DNA of 64,000 nucleotides. Source: Desulfatiglandales bacterium. Lineage in GTDB: Bacteria; Desulfobacterota; DSM-4660; Desulfatiglandales; Desulfatiglandaceae. Under the pieces are notes generated by a model, which saw only the letters and a list, made by a program, of their open reading frames with translations, ran no database searches and was not told the DNA's origin. The stretch lies in assembly GCA_963666345.1 (NCBI GenBank), contig OY762721.1, positions 3,584,001 to 3,648,000 of the forward strand, read 5' to 3'. The position numbers and the translations under genes were made by a program. Positions 18,942-29,860 of the stretch are shown here, piece after piece; the stretch's first letter is position 1, and every line of letters starts with the position of its first letter.

Positions 18942-19952
18942 ATGCCAGAGAAAATGTCTTCAAATAACTGCATTTTGATTTATCTTGAAACTAATAATGG
19001 CGAAATAGAAGAGGATGTTCTTGAGGTTTTGAGTAAAGGGCGTCAGCTTGCCGATAAGTTAAACAAAGACATCTATGCAATTGTATTCAGCCATCAAAAA
19101 ATAGGTAAATTGAGTCTTCTCTTTGAATATGGCGCTGACAATATCTATTCATATAATTGCCAGGAGATTAAGGAAAAGAGCATAGAATGTTATGAAGAGG
19201 CCCTATTTGATGTTGTACAAGATCTGGAGCCTGCAATTATATTGTTTGCAGCATCAATAAGAGGAAATGATTTAGCCTGCAGGCTTGCTGCCAGGTTGAA
19301 ATTACCAATCGAAACTGACTGTATTGACTTGGCAGTTGATGATGAAGGTCATTTGCTGCAGACAAAATTGACCCATGGTGGCAGAGCTTCAACAACAAAA
19401 GTAAGTAAATTGGCTGGAATACAAATATCAACGGTTAAAGCTGGAGCCTTTGACAAAATAAAAGCTAATAAAGTCGCTAATGGAGATCAAATTAAGAAGA
19501 AAATTAAGCTTTCAAAACGAAACTTAAGAATTATTTCAGAAGGTATAACAAAGGAGGACTCAGATAAAATTGGAATTGACGAAGCTGACATTATTGTTTC
19601 AGGTGGAAGGGGAATGGGATCAATTGATAATTTTCAATTGATCAATATGTTGGCTACAAAACTACAAGGGGTGATTGGAGCATCATTGGGTGCGGTAGAT
19701 GAAGAATTTGCTCCGAGAAAAAGATTAGTTGGGCAAACTGGAACAACAGTGGAACCGGATCTTTATGTTGCATGTGGCATATCAGGTTCTATCTATCATA
19801 TACTAGGAATGAAAAATTCAAAAGCTATAATTGCCATAAACAAAGATCCTTCTGCACCAATATTTAAGTGCTGTGACATGGGCTTTGTGGGCGATGCCAT
19901 TGAAATATTACCTGCAATAATTGATAAGCTTGCTAAGTTGAAAACCAAATGA
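18942..19952 (+). CDS. etfA: Electron transfer flavoprotein alpha (FixB)
   Basis: VSGGRG, VGQTG, CGISGS.YH..GM, AINKD. Confidence 0.9.
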   Translation: MPEKMSSNNCILIYLETNNGEIEEDVLEVLSKGRQLADKLNKDIYAIVFSHQKIGKLSLLFEYGADNIYSYNCQEIKEKSIECYEEALFDVVQDLEPAIILFAASIRGNDLACRLAARLKLPIETDCIDLAVDDEGHLLQTKLTHGGRASTTKVSKLAGIQISTVKAGAFDKIKANKVANGDQIKKKIKLSKRNLRIISEGITKEDSDKIGIDEADIIVSGGRGMGSIDNFQLINMLATKLQGVIGASLGAVDEEFAPRKRLVGQTGTTVEPDLYVACGISGSIYHILGMKNSKAIIAINKDPSAPIFKCCDMGFVGDAIEILPAIIDKLAKLKTK

Positions 19953-21280
19953 ATTTAAAAGATAACAAAAACTACGAGAAGTTTGATGTAATCATAGTCG
20001 GGGCTGGACCAGGTGGAACGACGTCGGCATTGGCTTTGGCAAAGGCTGGTTTGAAGGTCGCTTTATTTGAACGAGGAGAATTACCAGGTCAAAAAAATGT
20101 TTCTGGAGGAATTTTACACTATTCAGAGCATCTCGACAGACTTATCCCACAGTTTTGGAAAGAGGCTCCAGTTGAACGATACGTTACAAAATATAAGACA
20201 ACTGTTTTATCCTCAAAGACTTCACTGTCGTTTTCATTGAAAAACGATGAATTCGGTAAACCGCCCTATAATGGATATACTGTTTTGAGACCAAAGTTTG
20301 ATAAATGGTTTGCCATGAAAGCTCAAGAGGCTGGAGCCTTACTTATACCTGAGACAACAGTAACTGATTTTATTTTTGATAAAGACAAAAAAATAATTGG
20401 AGTTAAAACAGACAGAGAAGATGGATATTTATACTCTGATCTAGTAATTGTCGCAGATGGGGTTAATTCCTTATTGAGTAAAAAAGCCGGATTGAGATCA
20501 GACTTTATTCCGGAAAAAATATCGGTCGCTGCAAAGGAAGTTTTGGAAATACCCAAAAGTGTTTTAGAAAATAGATTCAATCTAAAAGAAAATGAAGGGT
20601 TGGCCCATTTATTTATGGGTGAAGCCACTCAAGGTGTAGAAGGTGGGGCTTTTTTATATACAAATAAAACAAGTCTTTCAATAGGGGTCGTTGGAAAATT
20701 AACTTCACTTCAGGAATGTAAAATATCAATTGCTGATCTTCTGGAAAAATTTAAAAACCTAAACATGATCAAAGAGTTAATTCAAAATACAACAATTAAA
20801 GGATATTCAGGCCACTTAATTCCTGAAGGTGGAATAGGTATGGTCCCAAAGTTATATGGCAATGGTATCCTTGTCGTAGGTGATGCTGCAGGTCTAGTGT
20901 GCACGACTGGATTAACAATTGAGGGAATGAATTTTGCGATAGGTTCAGGGGCTGTTGCTGCCGATGTCGCAGTATCTTCAAAAAAAGCCAAAGATTTTTC
21001 AGAGCGATTTCTTTCCAAGTATGGAAAACAGCTTAGAGAGTCGTTTGTTCTAAGTGACCTAAAGGCATATAGAAAATTTACAGGAATTCTTGAAAATCCC
21101 AGAATCTATAATGTTTACCCATCTATACTTTGCGAGACAGTCAGTAATTTTTATAAAGTAGATGGTAAGCCTAAAAGAAATATAAGAAGCCTCCTATGGA
21201 AGCAGGTAAAAGATAAAGTATCCTGTCTTACATTTATCAAGGATGCCATACAAATTGCTCGAGCGATATTATGGAAATAG
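19949..21280 (+). CDS. fixC: FixC ETF:quinone oxidoreductase flavoprotein
   Basis: GAGPGG, KNVSGG, HLIPEGG, VGDAAG. Confidence 0.88.
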   Translation: MNLKDNKNYEKFDVIIVGAGPGGTTSALALAKAGLKVALFERGELPGQKNVSGGILHYSEHLDRLIPQFWKEAPVERYVTKYKTTVLSSKTSLSFSLKNDEFGKPPYNGYTVLRPKFDKWFAMKAQEAGALLIPETTVTDFIFDKDKKIIGVKTDREDGYLYSDLVIVADGVNSLLSKKAGLRSDFIPEKISVAAKEVLEIPKSVLENRFNLKENEGLAHLFMGEATQGVEGGAFLYTNKTSLSIGVVGKLTSLQECKISIADLLEKFKNLNMIKELIQNTTIKGYSGHLIPEGGIGMVPKLYGNGILVVGDAAGLVCTTGLTIEGMNFAIGSGAVAADVAVSSKKAKDFSERFLSKYGKQLRESFVLSDLKAYRKFTGILENPRIYNVYPSILCETVSNFYKVDGKPKRNIRSLLWKQVKDKVSCLTFIKDAIQIARAILWK

Positions 21281-21540
21281 AACAAAAGATAGCAAAAGTT
21301 AGGTTTAATATTGATAGGGAAGCCCATATAAAGATTTCAACAGAACTCTGTAGAAAATGTAGCGAGAAGCCTTGCCTTTATGTTTGTCCTGTACAGAATT
21401 ATACATTGATTGAAAATGATATTGTCTTTGTATGGCAAGGTTGTATGGAATGTGGTGCATGTAGAATAATTTGTCCAAACGATGCCATAAGTTGGAGTTA
21501 CCCGCGAGGGGGGTTTGGTGTGTGCAATCAGAATAGCTAG
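21271..21540 (+). CDS. fixX: FixX ferredoxin
   Basis: CxxCxxxxCxxxCP, CMECGACRIIC, YPRGGFGV. Confidence 0.88.
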   Translation: MEIEQKIAKVRFNIDREAHIKISTELCRKCSEKPCLYVCPVQNYTLIENDIVFVWQGCMECGACRIICPNDAISWSYPRGGFGVCNQNS

Positions 21541-21564
21541 GTATTAAAAAATCGGAAAAGAGAT

Positions 21565-22446
21565 ATGAATATTGTAGTTTGTGTAAAACCCGTTCCAGAT
21601 ATCAGTGTTATTACACCTGATTATTTTGACACCAATCAAGGTGGCTTTGACGATTTATTATATATTATTAATTCAGCTGATATGGTTGCTGTTGAGGAAG
21701 CTCTCAAAATAAAGGAAGAAAAACAAGATTGTTCAATACTGATCGTATCAATGACTTCAAATGAAAATATAGGCCTTTTACGAAAATGTCTGGCTATTGG
21801 TGCTGATGAAGGAATAATAATTGTTGATGATGAAATAGGCACTTTCAATAGCTATAGAACTGGAAAAGTATTGGCAGAGAAAATTAAATCAATTGAATAT
21901 GATCTTATCTTATGTGGAAGTAAAGCTGAAGATACACTCGCTGGCTGTGTTCCCTATATTATTTCGAGTGAACTTGAATTGCCAATTGTATCAGGGGTAA
22001 CTGAACTAAAGATAAAAAAGAAGAAAACGCAAATTTATCTGAAGAAAAAACTTGAACGTGGTTATCGTGAACAGATGAAAATAGATATCCCATGCGTTAT
22101 ATCGGTTGATAAAACATTGGGTGAACCACGATATGCTTCATTACCTCTGTTGATAGAAGCTCTTAGAAAAGAGATAAAAGAAGTAAGCATTGAAGAAATA
22201 ATGAAATCTACCAGTCAAGGTGAAGTTGCAAAAAATTGGTCAAAGGTGATTCAAACTGAGGCACCTAGGCCAAGACCTAAAAAACTATTTACACCAGATA
22301 GCAATCTAAGTGCAGTAGAAAGGATGCAACTAATTATGAACGGAGGTGTAGAGAAAAAGAGTCAGGAGGTTTACACCGGAAATGCTGATGAATTAAGTGA
22401 CAAATTTTTAAAATATTTGAATCAAATTAAAATTGGGAGGTCATAA
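21565..22446 (+). CDS. etfB: Electron transfer flavoprotein beta (FixA)
   Basis: IVVCVKPVPD, AIGAD, EPRYASL. Confidence 0.88.
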   Translation: MNIVVCVKPVPDISVITPDYFDTNQGGFDDLLYIINSADMVAVEEALKIKEEKQDCSILIVSMTSNENIGLLRKCLAIGADEGIIIVDDEIGTFNSYRTGKVLAEKIKSIEYDLILCGSKAEDTLAGCVPYIISSELELPIVSGVTELKIKKKKTQIYLKKKLERGYREQMKIDIPCVISVDKTLGEPRYASLPLLIEALRKEIKEVSIEEIMKSTSQGEVAKNWSKVIQTEAPRPRPKKLFTPDSNLSAVERMQLIMNGGVEKKSQEVYTGNADELSDKFLKYLNQIKIGRS

Positions 22447-22447
22447 A

Positions 22448-22852
22448 ATGAAGGAATTCAATCTATCAGTAGCAAATCAGATGGCAGATGCTGCACTTAA
22501 AAAAGCAGAAGAAATTAAAAAACCAATTTCAGTAGGAATTGTAGATTCTGGTGGCCATTTGATTTGTTTCAAACGATCAGATGATGGAAAAATTGGTAAT
22601 ATAAGTATAGCTATTGATAAAGCCTGGACTGCTGTTGCTTTTAAAGGTGACACCGAAGTCTACCAAAAAAGAACGCGGTATTCCGAGCCAGCTTTTCCCC
22701 TTTGTTTTACAAATGGCTGTAGACCTGTATTTATTAGAGGGGGATTTATTATCAAAGTTAACGATAATATTGTTGGCGGTATTGGTGTGAGTGGCGGAAC
22801 AGGTGAAGAAGATGTTGCCTGCGGAAAAGCAGGTTTAGAAATATTAAAATAG
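22448..22852 (+). CDS. GlcG/HbpS-like heme-binding protein
   Basis: VDSGG, KAWTA, GGIGVSGG. Confidence 0.85.
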   Translation: MKEFNLSVANQMADAALKKAEEIKKPISVGIVDSGGHLICFKRSDDGKIGNISIAIDKAWTAVAFKGDTEVYQKRTRYSEPAFPLCFTNGCRPVFIRGGFIIKVNDNIVGGIGVSGGTGEEDVACGKAGLEILK

Positions 22853-22979
22853 ATACCTGGACATTAATGAATACAAAAAGGGAAGAAAAAAAATTAATAA
22901 AAATGCTATTAACAAACTTTTAAATAATATTTTGTATTGGTAAATGACAAAGTAAACCACAAAATTACGAGGAAATAGT

Positions 22980-23939
22980 ATGGATGCTAAGGAAATAATG
23001 AAGCAGTACGGTGATTCTAAAATGGTTGAGGTTATCCGCTATAACGATGATGTATATTGTGATTTAACCTCATTACCTAAGTGGGATATTCCCAAGAAAA
23101 TTCATTTGGGCGTGGCTATCACCGGATCATTTATTGATAAAAGGCAGAACCCAAACCAGCCTATAACTACTGATGAAATACTTAAGGAAGTCTTCGATTG
23201 TATTGAGGCCGGGGCCAAATGGGTTCATTTCCATGTAAGAGATGAATATGGCCGTAATATTGGAGATATTGAAGAATACAAGAAAATTGTTTATCCGATA
23301 AGGGAAAAATATGGGGATGAGGTTTTCATCGATGGATGCCCGCTTTTCGGAAAGGATTTTGAAGAAGCTTGTGGGCCAGTTACGGAGGATTTATTTGAAA
23401 TTGGTATCGTAAATCCTGTTTGCACTTTTGTCGGAGATAATGTGAGGTATACTCCTCCGCCAGTTATCAAGGCGCAATGCGAATACTTCCAGGCTCTTGG
23501 GAAAAAGGTCAAGGTCTCTGTTCACGATACTGCCAGCATAGATAATATCAATAGGTTTCTGATAAGGCCAGGTATCTTAAAAAAGCCTTATTACTTTGGA
23601 ATAGTTTCTGATTTACCGGGAATGTTTTACATGCCTAATCCAAGAGCAATGGTGGAAGGAATAACCCTTTTAGTCAATCGACTTAAGGAACTAGACCCAG
23701 ACTGCGAAATATCGATTGCCGCTGCAGGGCGAGCATCAGTATATTTAAGCGCATTGGCGATATTGATGGGATTACATATAAGGGTTGGGACTGAAGATAC
23801 GATCTGGCGTTATCCCCATCGTGATGAAAAACTAGAAAGCAATTTGCAATCTTTTCAAACGGCAAAGGCATTATGTGAACTTCTTGGCCGTGAAATTGCA
23901 ACCGCTGATGAACATAGAAGAGATATTGGGCTCAAATAG
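22980..23939 (+). CDS. Beta-keto acid cleavage enzyme (BKACE/DUF849) 1, divergent
   Basis: AITG, NPNQP, HFHVRD, RVGTED. Confidence 0.85.
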   Translation: MDAKEIMKQYGDSKMVEVIRYNDDVYCDLTSLPKWDIPKKIHLGVAITGSFIDKRQNPNQPITTDEILKEVFDCIEAGAKWVHFHVRDEYGRNIGDIEEYKKIVYPIREKYGDEVFIDGCPLFGKDFEEACGPVTEDLFEIGIVNPVCTFVGDNVRYTPPPVIKAQCEYFQALGKKVKVSVHDTASIDNINRFLIRPGILKKPYYFGIVSDLPGMFYMPNPRAMVEGITLLVNRLKELDPDCEISIAAAGRASVYLSALAILMGLHIRVGTEDTIWRYPHRDEKLESNLQSFQTAKALCELLGREIATADEHRRDIGLK

Positions 23940-23976
23940 GCTAAATGTGGTTAATTAAAAATATCGGAGGTGTGGA

Positions 23977-25632
23977 ATGGGCACGCGACTTGTAGTTCAC
24001 AAAGGAGGAATTGAAGAACCTAAGTGCAAACAGGCCTGTCCTCTTGGGGTTGAAGTCCCGCTCTATATTCGGTTGATAAGGGAAGGTAACTACCGTGAAG
24101 CGGCAGAAGTGATAAGACGTAATGCTCCTCTGGCTGGGGTTTTGGCCTATGTGTGCCCAAGATATTGTGAAGGAGAATGCAGACGTGCTGAAATTGATGA
24201 GGCTATTGCAATTAATGCCCTGAAGCGGTTCGTCCTAGATAGATGGGTGGAAAGGCCGGAGTCAATGAATAAAAAAGTGAGCAATAAAAAAGTGGCTATT
24301 ATTGGCTCAGGCCCATCAGGATTAAGCGCTGCATATTATTTGAGAAACAGCTATGGCATTGATACTACTGTCTTTGACAAATTGCCGGATGCAGGTGGAA
24401 TGATGAGGTTCGGAATACCCAAATATAGGTTACCGAGGAAGGTCTTGGACCGTGAAATTGAGATGATCAAGGAATGTGGAGTTAAGTTTGAGCAAAATGT
24501 ATCAATAAAGTCGACTGAAGACCTTTTTGCGACAGGATTTAATGCGATATTTATCAGCGTAGGAGCATGGAAAACCAAGAGATTGATGATTGATGGTGAA
24601 AAATCTGATGGAACAATCGACGGTCTATCCTTTCTTAAGGATGTTAATTCAGAAAAGTTTATTGAGGTAAAAAAGAATGTTGCAATTATTGGAGGTGGAA
24701 ATGTTGCAATTGATGCTGCAAGGGTAGCACGAAGATTAGGGGCTGAAAATGTTTGCATCTTTTATCGCAGAAGTAGAGAAGAGATGCCATCAAGGTCTGA
24801 AGAAATTGAGCAGGCGCTAGAAGAAGATATAAAGATATATTATCTAGTCGCGCCATTGAAGATAGAACAAAAAGAGAAAGGTTTGTCACTTACATTTATA
24901 AATATTAAATTAGCTGGGCTTGATGAAACTGGAAGAAGGGAACCAATTCAGATCGCAGGATCAGAGTTTGACATGTATTTTGACACAGTCATTACGGCTA
25001 TAGGTGAAAATCCGGAAATTCCTGAAGACTTCAAAATTGATATAACAAGTGACTGCAAAATAAAGATAGATAAGGAAACATTATTAACAAATCGTGATGG
25101 AATATTTGCTGGTGGAGATTGTGTTACTGGCCCTGCAACAGTTGTTAAAGCTATAGCAGCTGGTAAAAAGGCGGCAATAAATATTGTAAAATATTTGGGC
25201 ACAAAAAGACATGACATATTTGATAAAAATGAAGAGGCTAGCCAGGATACTGCTCCCTGGGATGAAAGCATTTTAGATATTCCAAGACAGCGAATGAGAT
25301 TATCACCGAAACTTAATCGGGTAAGAAACTTTGAAGTGGTTGAGCTTGGATTCACAGAAGGAACGGCAAAAAATGAAGCTAAAAGATGCCTTCTTTGTGA
25401 CTTGGCTCTGGCAATAAATATAGATACAACGAAGTGTGTAGAATGTTACTCTTGCCAAATGACATGTTCCTTTGCATATACCCAGAAATGCAATCCAGAA
25501 AGAAGTCGAATTGTTTTTGATAATGAAAACAATATCCATTTCAATAGTGAATGTGTGGGGGGTTGCCTTCTCTGTGTTAATAATTGTCTTTCGGATGCTC
25601 TTTCATACGAAAATGTCAAAATAATGGGCTGA
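23977..25632 (+). CDS. GltD/NfnB-like FAD/Fe-S oxidoreductase with C-terminal ferredoxin
   Basis: CKQACP, VCPRYCEGEC, GSGPSG, GGGNVA, EAKRCLLC, CVECYSC. Confidence 0.88.
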   Translation: MGTRLVVHKGGIEEPKCKQACPLGVEVPLYIRLIREGNYREAAEVIRRNAPLAGVLAYVCPRYCEGECRRAEIDEAIAINALKRFVLDRWVERPESMNKKVSNKKVAIIGSGPSGLSAAYYLRNSYGIDTTVFDKLPDAGGMMRFGIPKYRLPRKVLDREIEMIKECGVKFEQNVSIKSTEDLFATGFNAIFISVGAWKTKRLMIDGEKSDGTIDGLSFLKDVNSEKFIEVKKNVAIIGGGNVAIDAARVARRLGAENVCIFYRRSREEMPSRSEEIEQALEEDIKIYYLVAPLKIEQKEKGLSLTFINIKLAGLDETGRREPIQIAGSEFDMYFDTVITAIGENPEIPEDFKIDITSDCKIKIDKETLLTNRDGIFAGGDCVTGPATVVKAIAAGKKAAINIVKYLGTKRHDIFDKNEEASQDTAPWDESILDIPRQRMRLSPKLNRVRNFEVVELGFTEGTAKNEAKRCLLCDLALAINIDTTKCVECYSCQMTCSFAYTQKCNPERSRIVFDNENNIHFNSECVGGCLLCVNNCLSDALSYENVKIMG

Positions 25633-26666
25633 TTTACATTTTAGAAAAAATATAAGTGGTTGAAACAAGACGTCAGTCATATAAATTTGAAGCTGGTTCA
25701 AAAGGGGAAAGCGGACAAGGGAATAGCCAAAGGAAGAATGGTAATTTTAATAAAATAACATTAATAAACCAATTACCAATTTATATGACCGCAGATATCA
25801 ATAAATAGAGAGGTATGTATTTGGTAGATAATAGAGCTAACCTCATTGAAAAGAAGCGTTAAAAACGATTTAAAAGTCTGATGGAGATCATCCTGATGGA
25901 TGACTAAATATAATAAAATGAAGGACTAAATTGGAAACAAATACAAATCATAGAAGTGTTTAAAGGTTACTTGCTAGGTAGAAAGATCAGTGATTTAAAA
26001 TAGAGCGATAATATATCAACTAAACCACTTTCGCAAAATCGATTGTCTCAAAACATATTTGAGATGCTGCCACGGTAGTGATGTTTTTTCGTTAACTCAA
26101 TTTGCTGATTGGCTTTTTGAGAGAAAGATATCAACTTCAATTCACAAAAAACATACGTGCTTTTACTTACAATGGTATCAAAGTAGCTATTAGATTATAT
26201 TGCTTTAACAGTAAAATATAATGGAACATGGGATCAAAAGGGAATAATGATTCCGTTGGAAATTTATATATTTTTATAAGCGCGTAGATTCAAACAAAAG
26301 CCTTTTTTAAAAAAACAATGATAATATGTGGCTTCTTGCAACTAGCCTCAATGTAACCTTGCCTATGGCTAGTTAAAAGGGAAGATTATTCGCTGAGAGC
26401 TGAGGGTTACCTATATATACTGCCAATTGGCTTGCTAGAAGTATATGGGGTAATTTAATGCACTTGCTATTAGAGGAAGTAAAACAACTTGGAAATAAAT
26501 TATCATAAAAAAATGACAAAGTTTTTAAATAAAGAAATTATTGATGCAAATTTAAGACAAAGAAAAAAGGGGTGCAATTGGCTAATGTTCTGTCAAAACC
26601 TTAAAAAAAACAGCCTTTGGATTATACATTAAATTAGGTAACCAACTACTAGTTGAGGGGGCGGGA

Positions 26667-28610
26667 ATGGCACTGGAAAATCGTATTGGAGGATATGCGG
26701 GCTATGTTGTTTATATTGACCTAACAAAGGAAAAAATATGGAGAAAAAAAATTGAAACCGATTTGGCTTATAAATTTATTGGAGGACCAGGCATTGGTCT
26801 GAAGATACTACAGGAAATGCTAAAACCCGGTATCGATCCGCATTCCCCTGATAATGTTATGGTTTTTGGCACCGGTCCTTTGGTAGGCACAACTATTCCT
26901 GGCGGTAGTAAATGTTACCTTGTTACAAAATTTGCAAGCCCTGCAAATCAGGAAAAGACAAAATATTTCATCTCATCATCAATGTTTGGAAGTAATCGGT
27001 TTGGTGTAATGTTAAAAAATGCCGGATATGACCACCTTGTCGTAAAGGGGAAGGCAAAAAAGCCGAGTTATATAAAGATAACAGATCAGGATGTTGAAAT
27101 TTGCGATGCAACAGACTTATGGGGAAAAGAAATATATGAAGTTGGTAAGATACTGAGAACGAGGCATAGAGGCAATGGACCTTGTGGCACATGGGTTATA
27201 GGAAAAGCTGGAGAAAATATGGTTAGGCCTTCATTAGGCTTTACTGACGATTGGCACAATGCCGGTAGATTTGCTGCGTCTGTGGCCGGTTCAAAAAACC
27301 TAAAGGCAATTGCAACTTTTGGTTCAAAGGGGATATCAATTGCTAATGTTAAAAAGTATAAAGCTTTACTAGAGAAAAAGAAAAAGGAAATCTTAACACA
27401 TCCGAAGTTTGACATATATCGTCCTATGCCTGCCGGAAAACAAGGAGAAATATTGAATGAGACATTAGTTGGTGTGAGGGGGTGCAGTGGTGGAATGAAT
27501 TGTGCGTGCAAGACAATCCATGCACTTAAAAGTGGTAATTATAAAGGGACATGGTTCGGAGGGAGCTTTCGCACAGCAGCTTTCAGAGCCCAATATCGGC
27601 TAAAGCTCGACAATTATCAAGATGGATTCAGATTAATTGAAATAATGAATAAGCACGGGCTATGTAGAATAACTGCAATGAATATGATGTGGTTTCTCGT
27701 TAATCTCACTGAAAGAGGAATTCTAACGCAACATGATACTGACGGGATAAAGCTGAAGACAGGAGATATTGAGACTTATTTGACCTTAGTTGATAAGATG
27801 ATAAATCGCGAAGGAATTGGAGAAAATATGGCGGAAGGCTGGCATTCACTTTGTAACAGAGTCGGAATAAATGCAGCTGAAGACTGGGAGGCAGGTTATC
27901 CCATTACAAAAGGTGTAGATGTAATTGTTGATAGTAGAGCATGGCCCTCACTCGCTGTTCCTTCCACTGGATTTTGTCCTGCTATGGGGCTTGCGGCAGT
28001 TTTTAATGCAAAAACTAAACACTCCCATTCCCATACCTATTGGCCAAAGGAAGAACTTTCCTTAGACGATATAAAAGCTGATGTGGAAAGAATGGGAGTG
28101 AACAAGGAGGAACTTGAAGGTATATTTACTGAAGACAATTTTAATTCCGGCAAGTTGGAAGTTTATGATGGTGATGCAGAGTTTGCATATAATGCTTTAG
28201 GTATATGTGACACTTCCTTTCATCATTTATATGATCCAATGAGGGATATGGGATGGTTATCCGAAATGTATGGAGCAGTAACAGGGATGAAAATTGAACC
28301 AAGGGAACTACTTCGTGCTGGGGAGAGAAATTGGAATTTGGAAAAAATGCTGAATATTCAGGAAGGTTTCTGTCGTGAAGATGATGTTATTCCCTACCAT
28401 TATATGGAAAACACAAAAACTCCGCTACAAGCTGTCGAAGGCAATAGATATCTTTGTGATTGGACTGGAAAGCGATTAACAGAAGATGACCTGAACAAAA
28501 TGGTTATGGATTACTACGATGAACGTGGCTGGAATGCAGAGACTGGGTTTCCCAAAGAAAGCAAGTTAAGTGAGCTAGGATTGAATCATCTATTTGATGT
28601 AAAGTTGTGA
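26667..28610 (+). CDS. Aldehyde:ferredoxin oxidoreductase family (W/Mo-pterin)
   Basis: GYAGYVVYIDLT, GPLVGT, GSKNLKAI, YYDERGW. Confidence 0.88.
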   Translation: MALENRIGGYAGYVVYIDLTKEKIWRKKIETDLAYKFIGGPGIGLKILQEMLKPGIDPHSPDNVMVFGTGPLVGTTIPGGSKCYLVTKFASPANQEKTKYFISSSMFGSNRFGVMLKNAGYDHLVVKGKAKKPSYIKITDQDVEICDATDLWGKEIYEVGKILRTRHRGNGPCGTWVIGKAGENMVRPSLGFTDDWHNAGRFAASVAGSKNLKAIATFGSKGISIANVKKYKALLEKKKKEILTHPKFDIYRPMPAGKQGEILNETLVGVRGCSGGMNCACKTIHALKSGNYKGTWFGGSFRTAAFRAQYRLKLDNYQDGFRLIEIMNKHGLCRITAMNMMWFLVNLTERGILTQHDTDGIKLKTGDIETYLTLVDKMINREGIGENMAEGWHSLCNRVGINAAEDWEAGYPITKGVDVIVDSRAWPSLAVPSTGFCPAMGLAAVFNAKTKHSHSHTYWPKEELSLDDIKADVERMGVNKEELEGIFTEDNFNSGKLEVYDGDAEFAYNALGICDTSFHHLYDPMRDMGWLSEMYGAVTGMKIEPRELLRAGERNWNLEKMLNIQEGFCREDDVIPYHYMENTKTPLQAVEGNRYLCDWTGKRLTEDDLNKMVMDYYDERGWNAETGFPKESKLSELGLNHLFDVKL

Positions 28611-28733
28611 AAAATAGTAAAACAAAATTAAAAATAGAAACAAACTAGCATGGAAATGAAAGGGGGTGAAAAGGTTATAAAGATAAAAAGCTAAGGTGAA
28701 TTATAGCGATTAAAAAAACACAATAGGAGGGAT

Positions 28734-29789
28734 ATGATGAGGAAAAAAGTGCTGTTTATTTTTGGGATAATGATAGGCTTTGTTATTTTGTTTACATCAC
28801 CCTCAATTGCTAAGTCTGAAAAGCCAATTGTCTGGAAATTTGCAAATTATGGATCAGCAACCAGTCCATGGAATATGCTTCCCGCTTGGTTTTTTCGAGA
28901 ATTAGAAGAACGGTCTGGTGGCAGAATAAAGGCAAAACTGTATCTCGCATCGTCTCTTGTACCGATGAAACAGGCGCCAGAGGCTCTTAAGGCAGGTGTT
29001 TGTGAGAGCACGGTTTTTGTTCCTCCCTACTACCACAGCAAAATACCATTATGTGGATTTCTCTCATACCCCTTTGTTATGCCGGGAAGTGGATCTAAGG
29101 AAGGAATAAGAGATACTTTTCTTATTGCCGATAAATATTTTTCTCATCCAAACATTACAAAGGAACTAGAAAAATGGGATGCTATGTATATTGTACCACA
29201 CGGATTTACCCAATATGAACTAATTGGAAATAAAGTAGTGAAAAATCTGAATGATCTTAAAGGCATGAGAATAAGGGTCACCGGTCCCCATGTAGAAGTT
29301 ATGAAAAGATTTAATGCGGTGCCAGTCTGGGTATCAACATCAGAGGCCTTCGAAGCACTTCAGAAAGGTACACTTGATGGCTTCTTGCATAGTGTATATT
29401 TCTTTCATAGATATAAAATATTTGAAGCCTGCAAATACTTCATTGATGATATGCAAATGGGCACTACAATGGATCCAATGGTTATAAAGCTGTCTGCTTT
29501 CAATAAATTACCTGAAGATTTACAGAAAATTGTACTTCAATTAAAAAAAGAGGCTCTTACAAAATTTTGGACTACCTATTATGAGGAAGAGGCACTCGGC
29601 AGGCAGGTACTCAACGATAATGAAAAAATAACTGTATTTAAATTTCCTAAAGAAGATAGGGCGAAGCTAAAAGAAGTAGCGAAAGAGGTTGCATGGCCGG
29701 AGTGGATTGAAAAAACCAAAAAACTTGGATTGCCAGCGGAAAAAATGTCTAACTGGATATTAGGTGAAATAGAAAAAAAAGGATGGTAA
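28734..29789 (+). CDS. dctP: TRAP substrate-binding protein
   Basis: Signal peptide; DLKGMRIR; EAFEALQKGTLDG. Confidence 0.88.
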   Translation: MMRKKVLFIFGIMIGFVILFTSPSIAKSEKPIVWKFANYGSATSPWNMLPAWFFRELEERSGGRIKAKLYLASSLVPMKQAPEALKAGVCESTVFVPPYYHSKIPLCGFLSYPFVMPGSGSKEGIRDTFLIADKYFSHPNITKELEKWDAMYIVPHGFTQYELIGNKVVKNLNDLKGMRIRVTGPHVEVMKRFNAVPVWVSTSEAFEALQKGTLDGFLHSVYFFHRYKIFEACKYFIDDMQMGTTMDPMVIKLSAFNKLPEDLQKIVLQLKKEALTKFWTTYYEEEALGRQVLNDNEKITVFKFPKEDRAKLKEVAKEVAWPEWIEKTKKLGLPAEKMSNWILGEIEKKGW

Positions 29790-29860
29790 AAGCCTAAGTT
29801 GGAATGACTCAGTACTTGAAGGTATTTCTGATAATACCTTCAAGTAAAAAGGAGTTTTCA

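Noticed and set aside
27470..27512. AOR as inactive because of altered Cys spacing (CSGGMNCAC)
   Set aside because: Three Cys plus the distal GICD Cys remain; inactivity cannot be concluded without a model.
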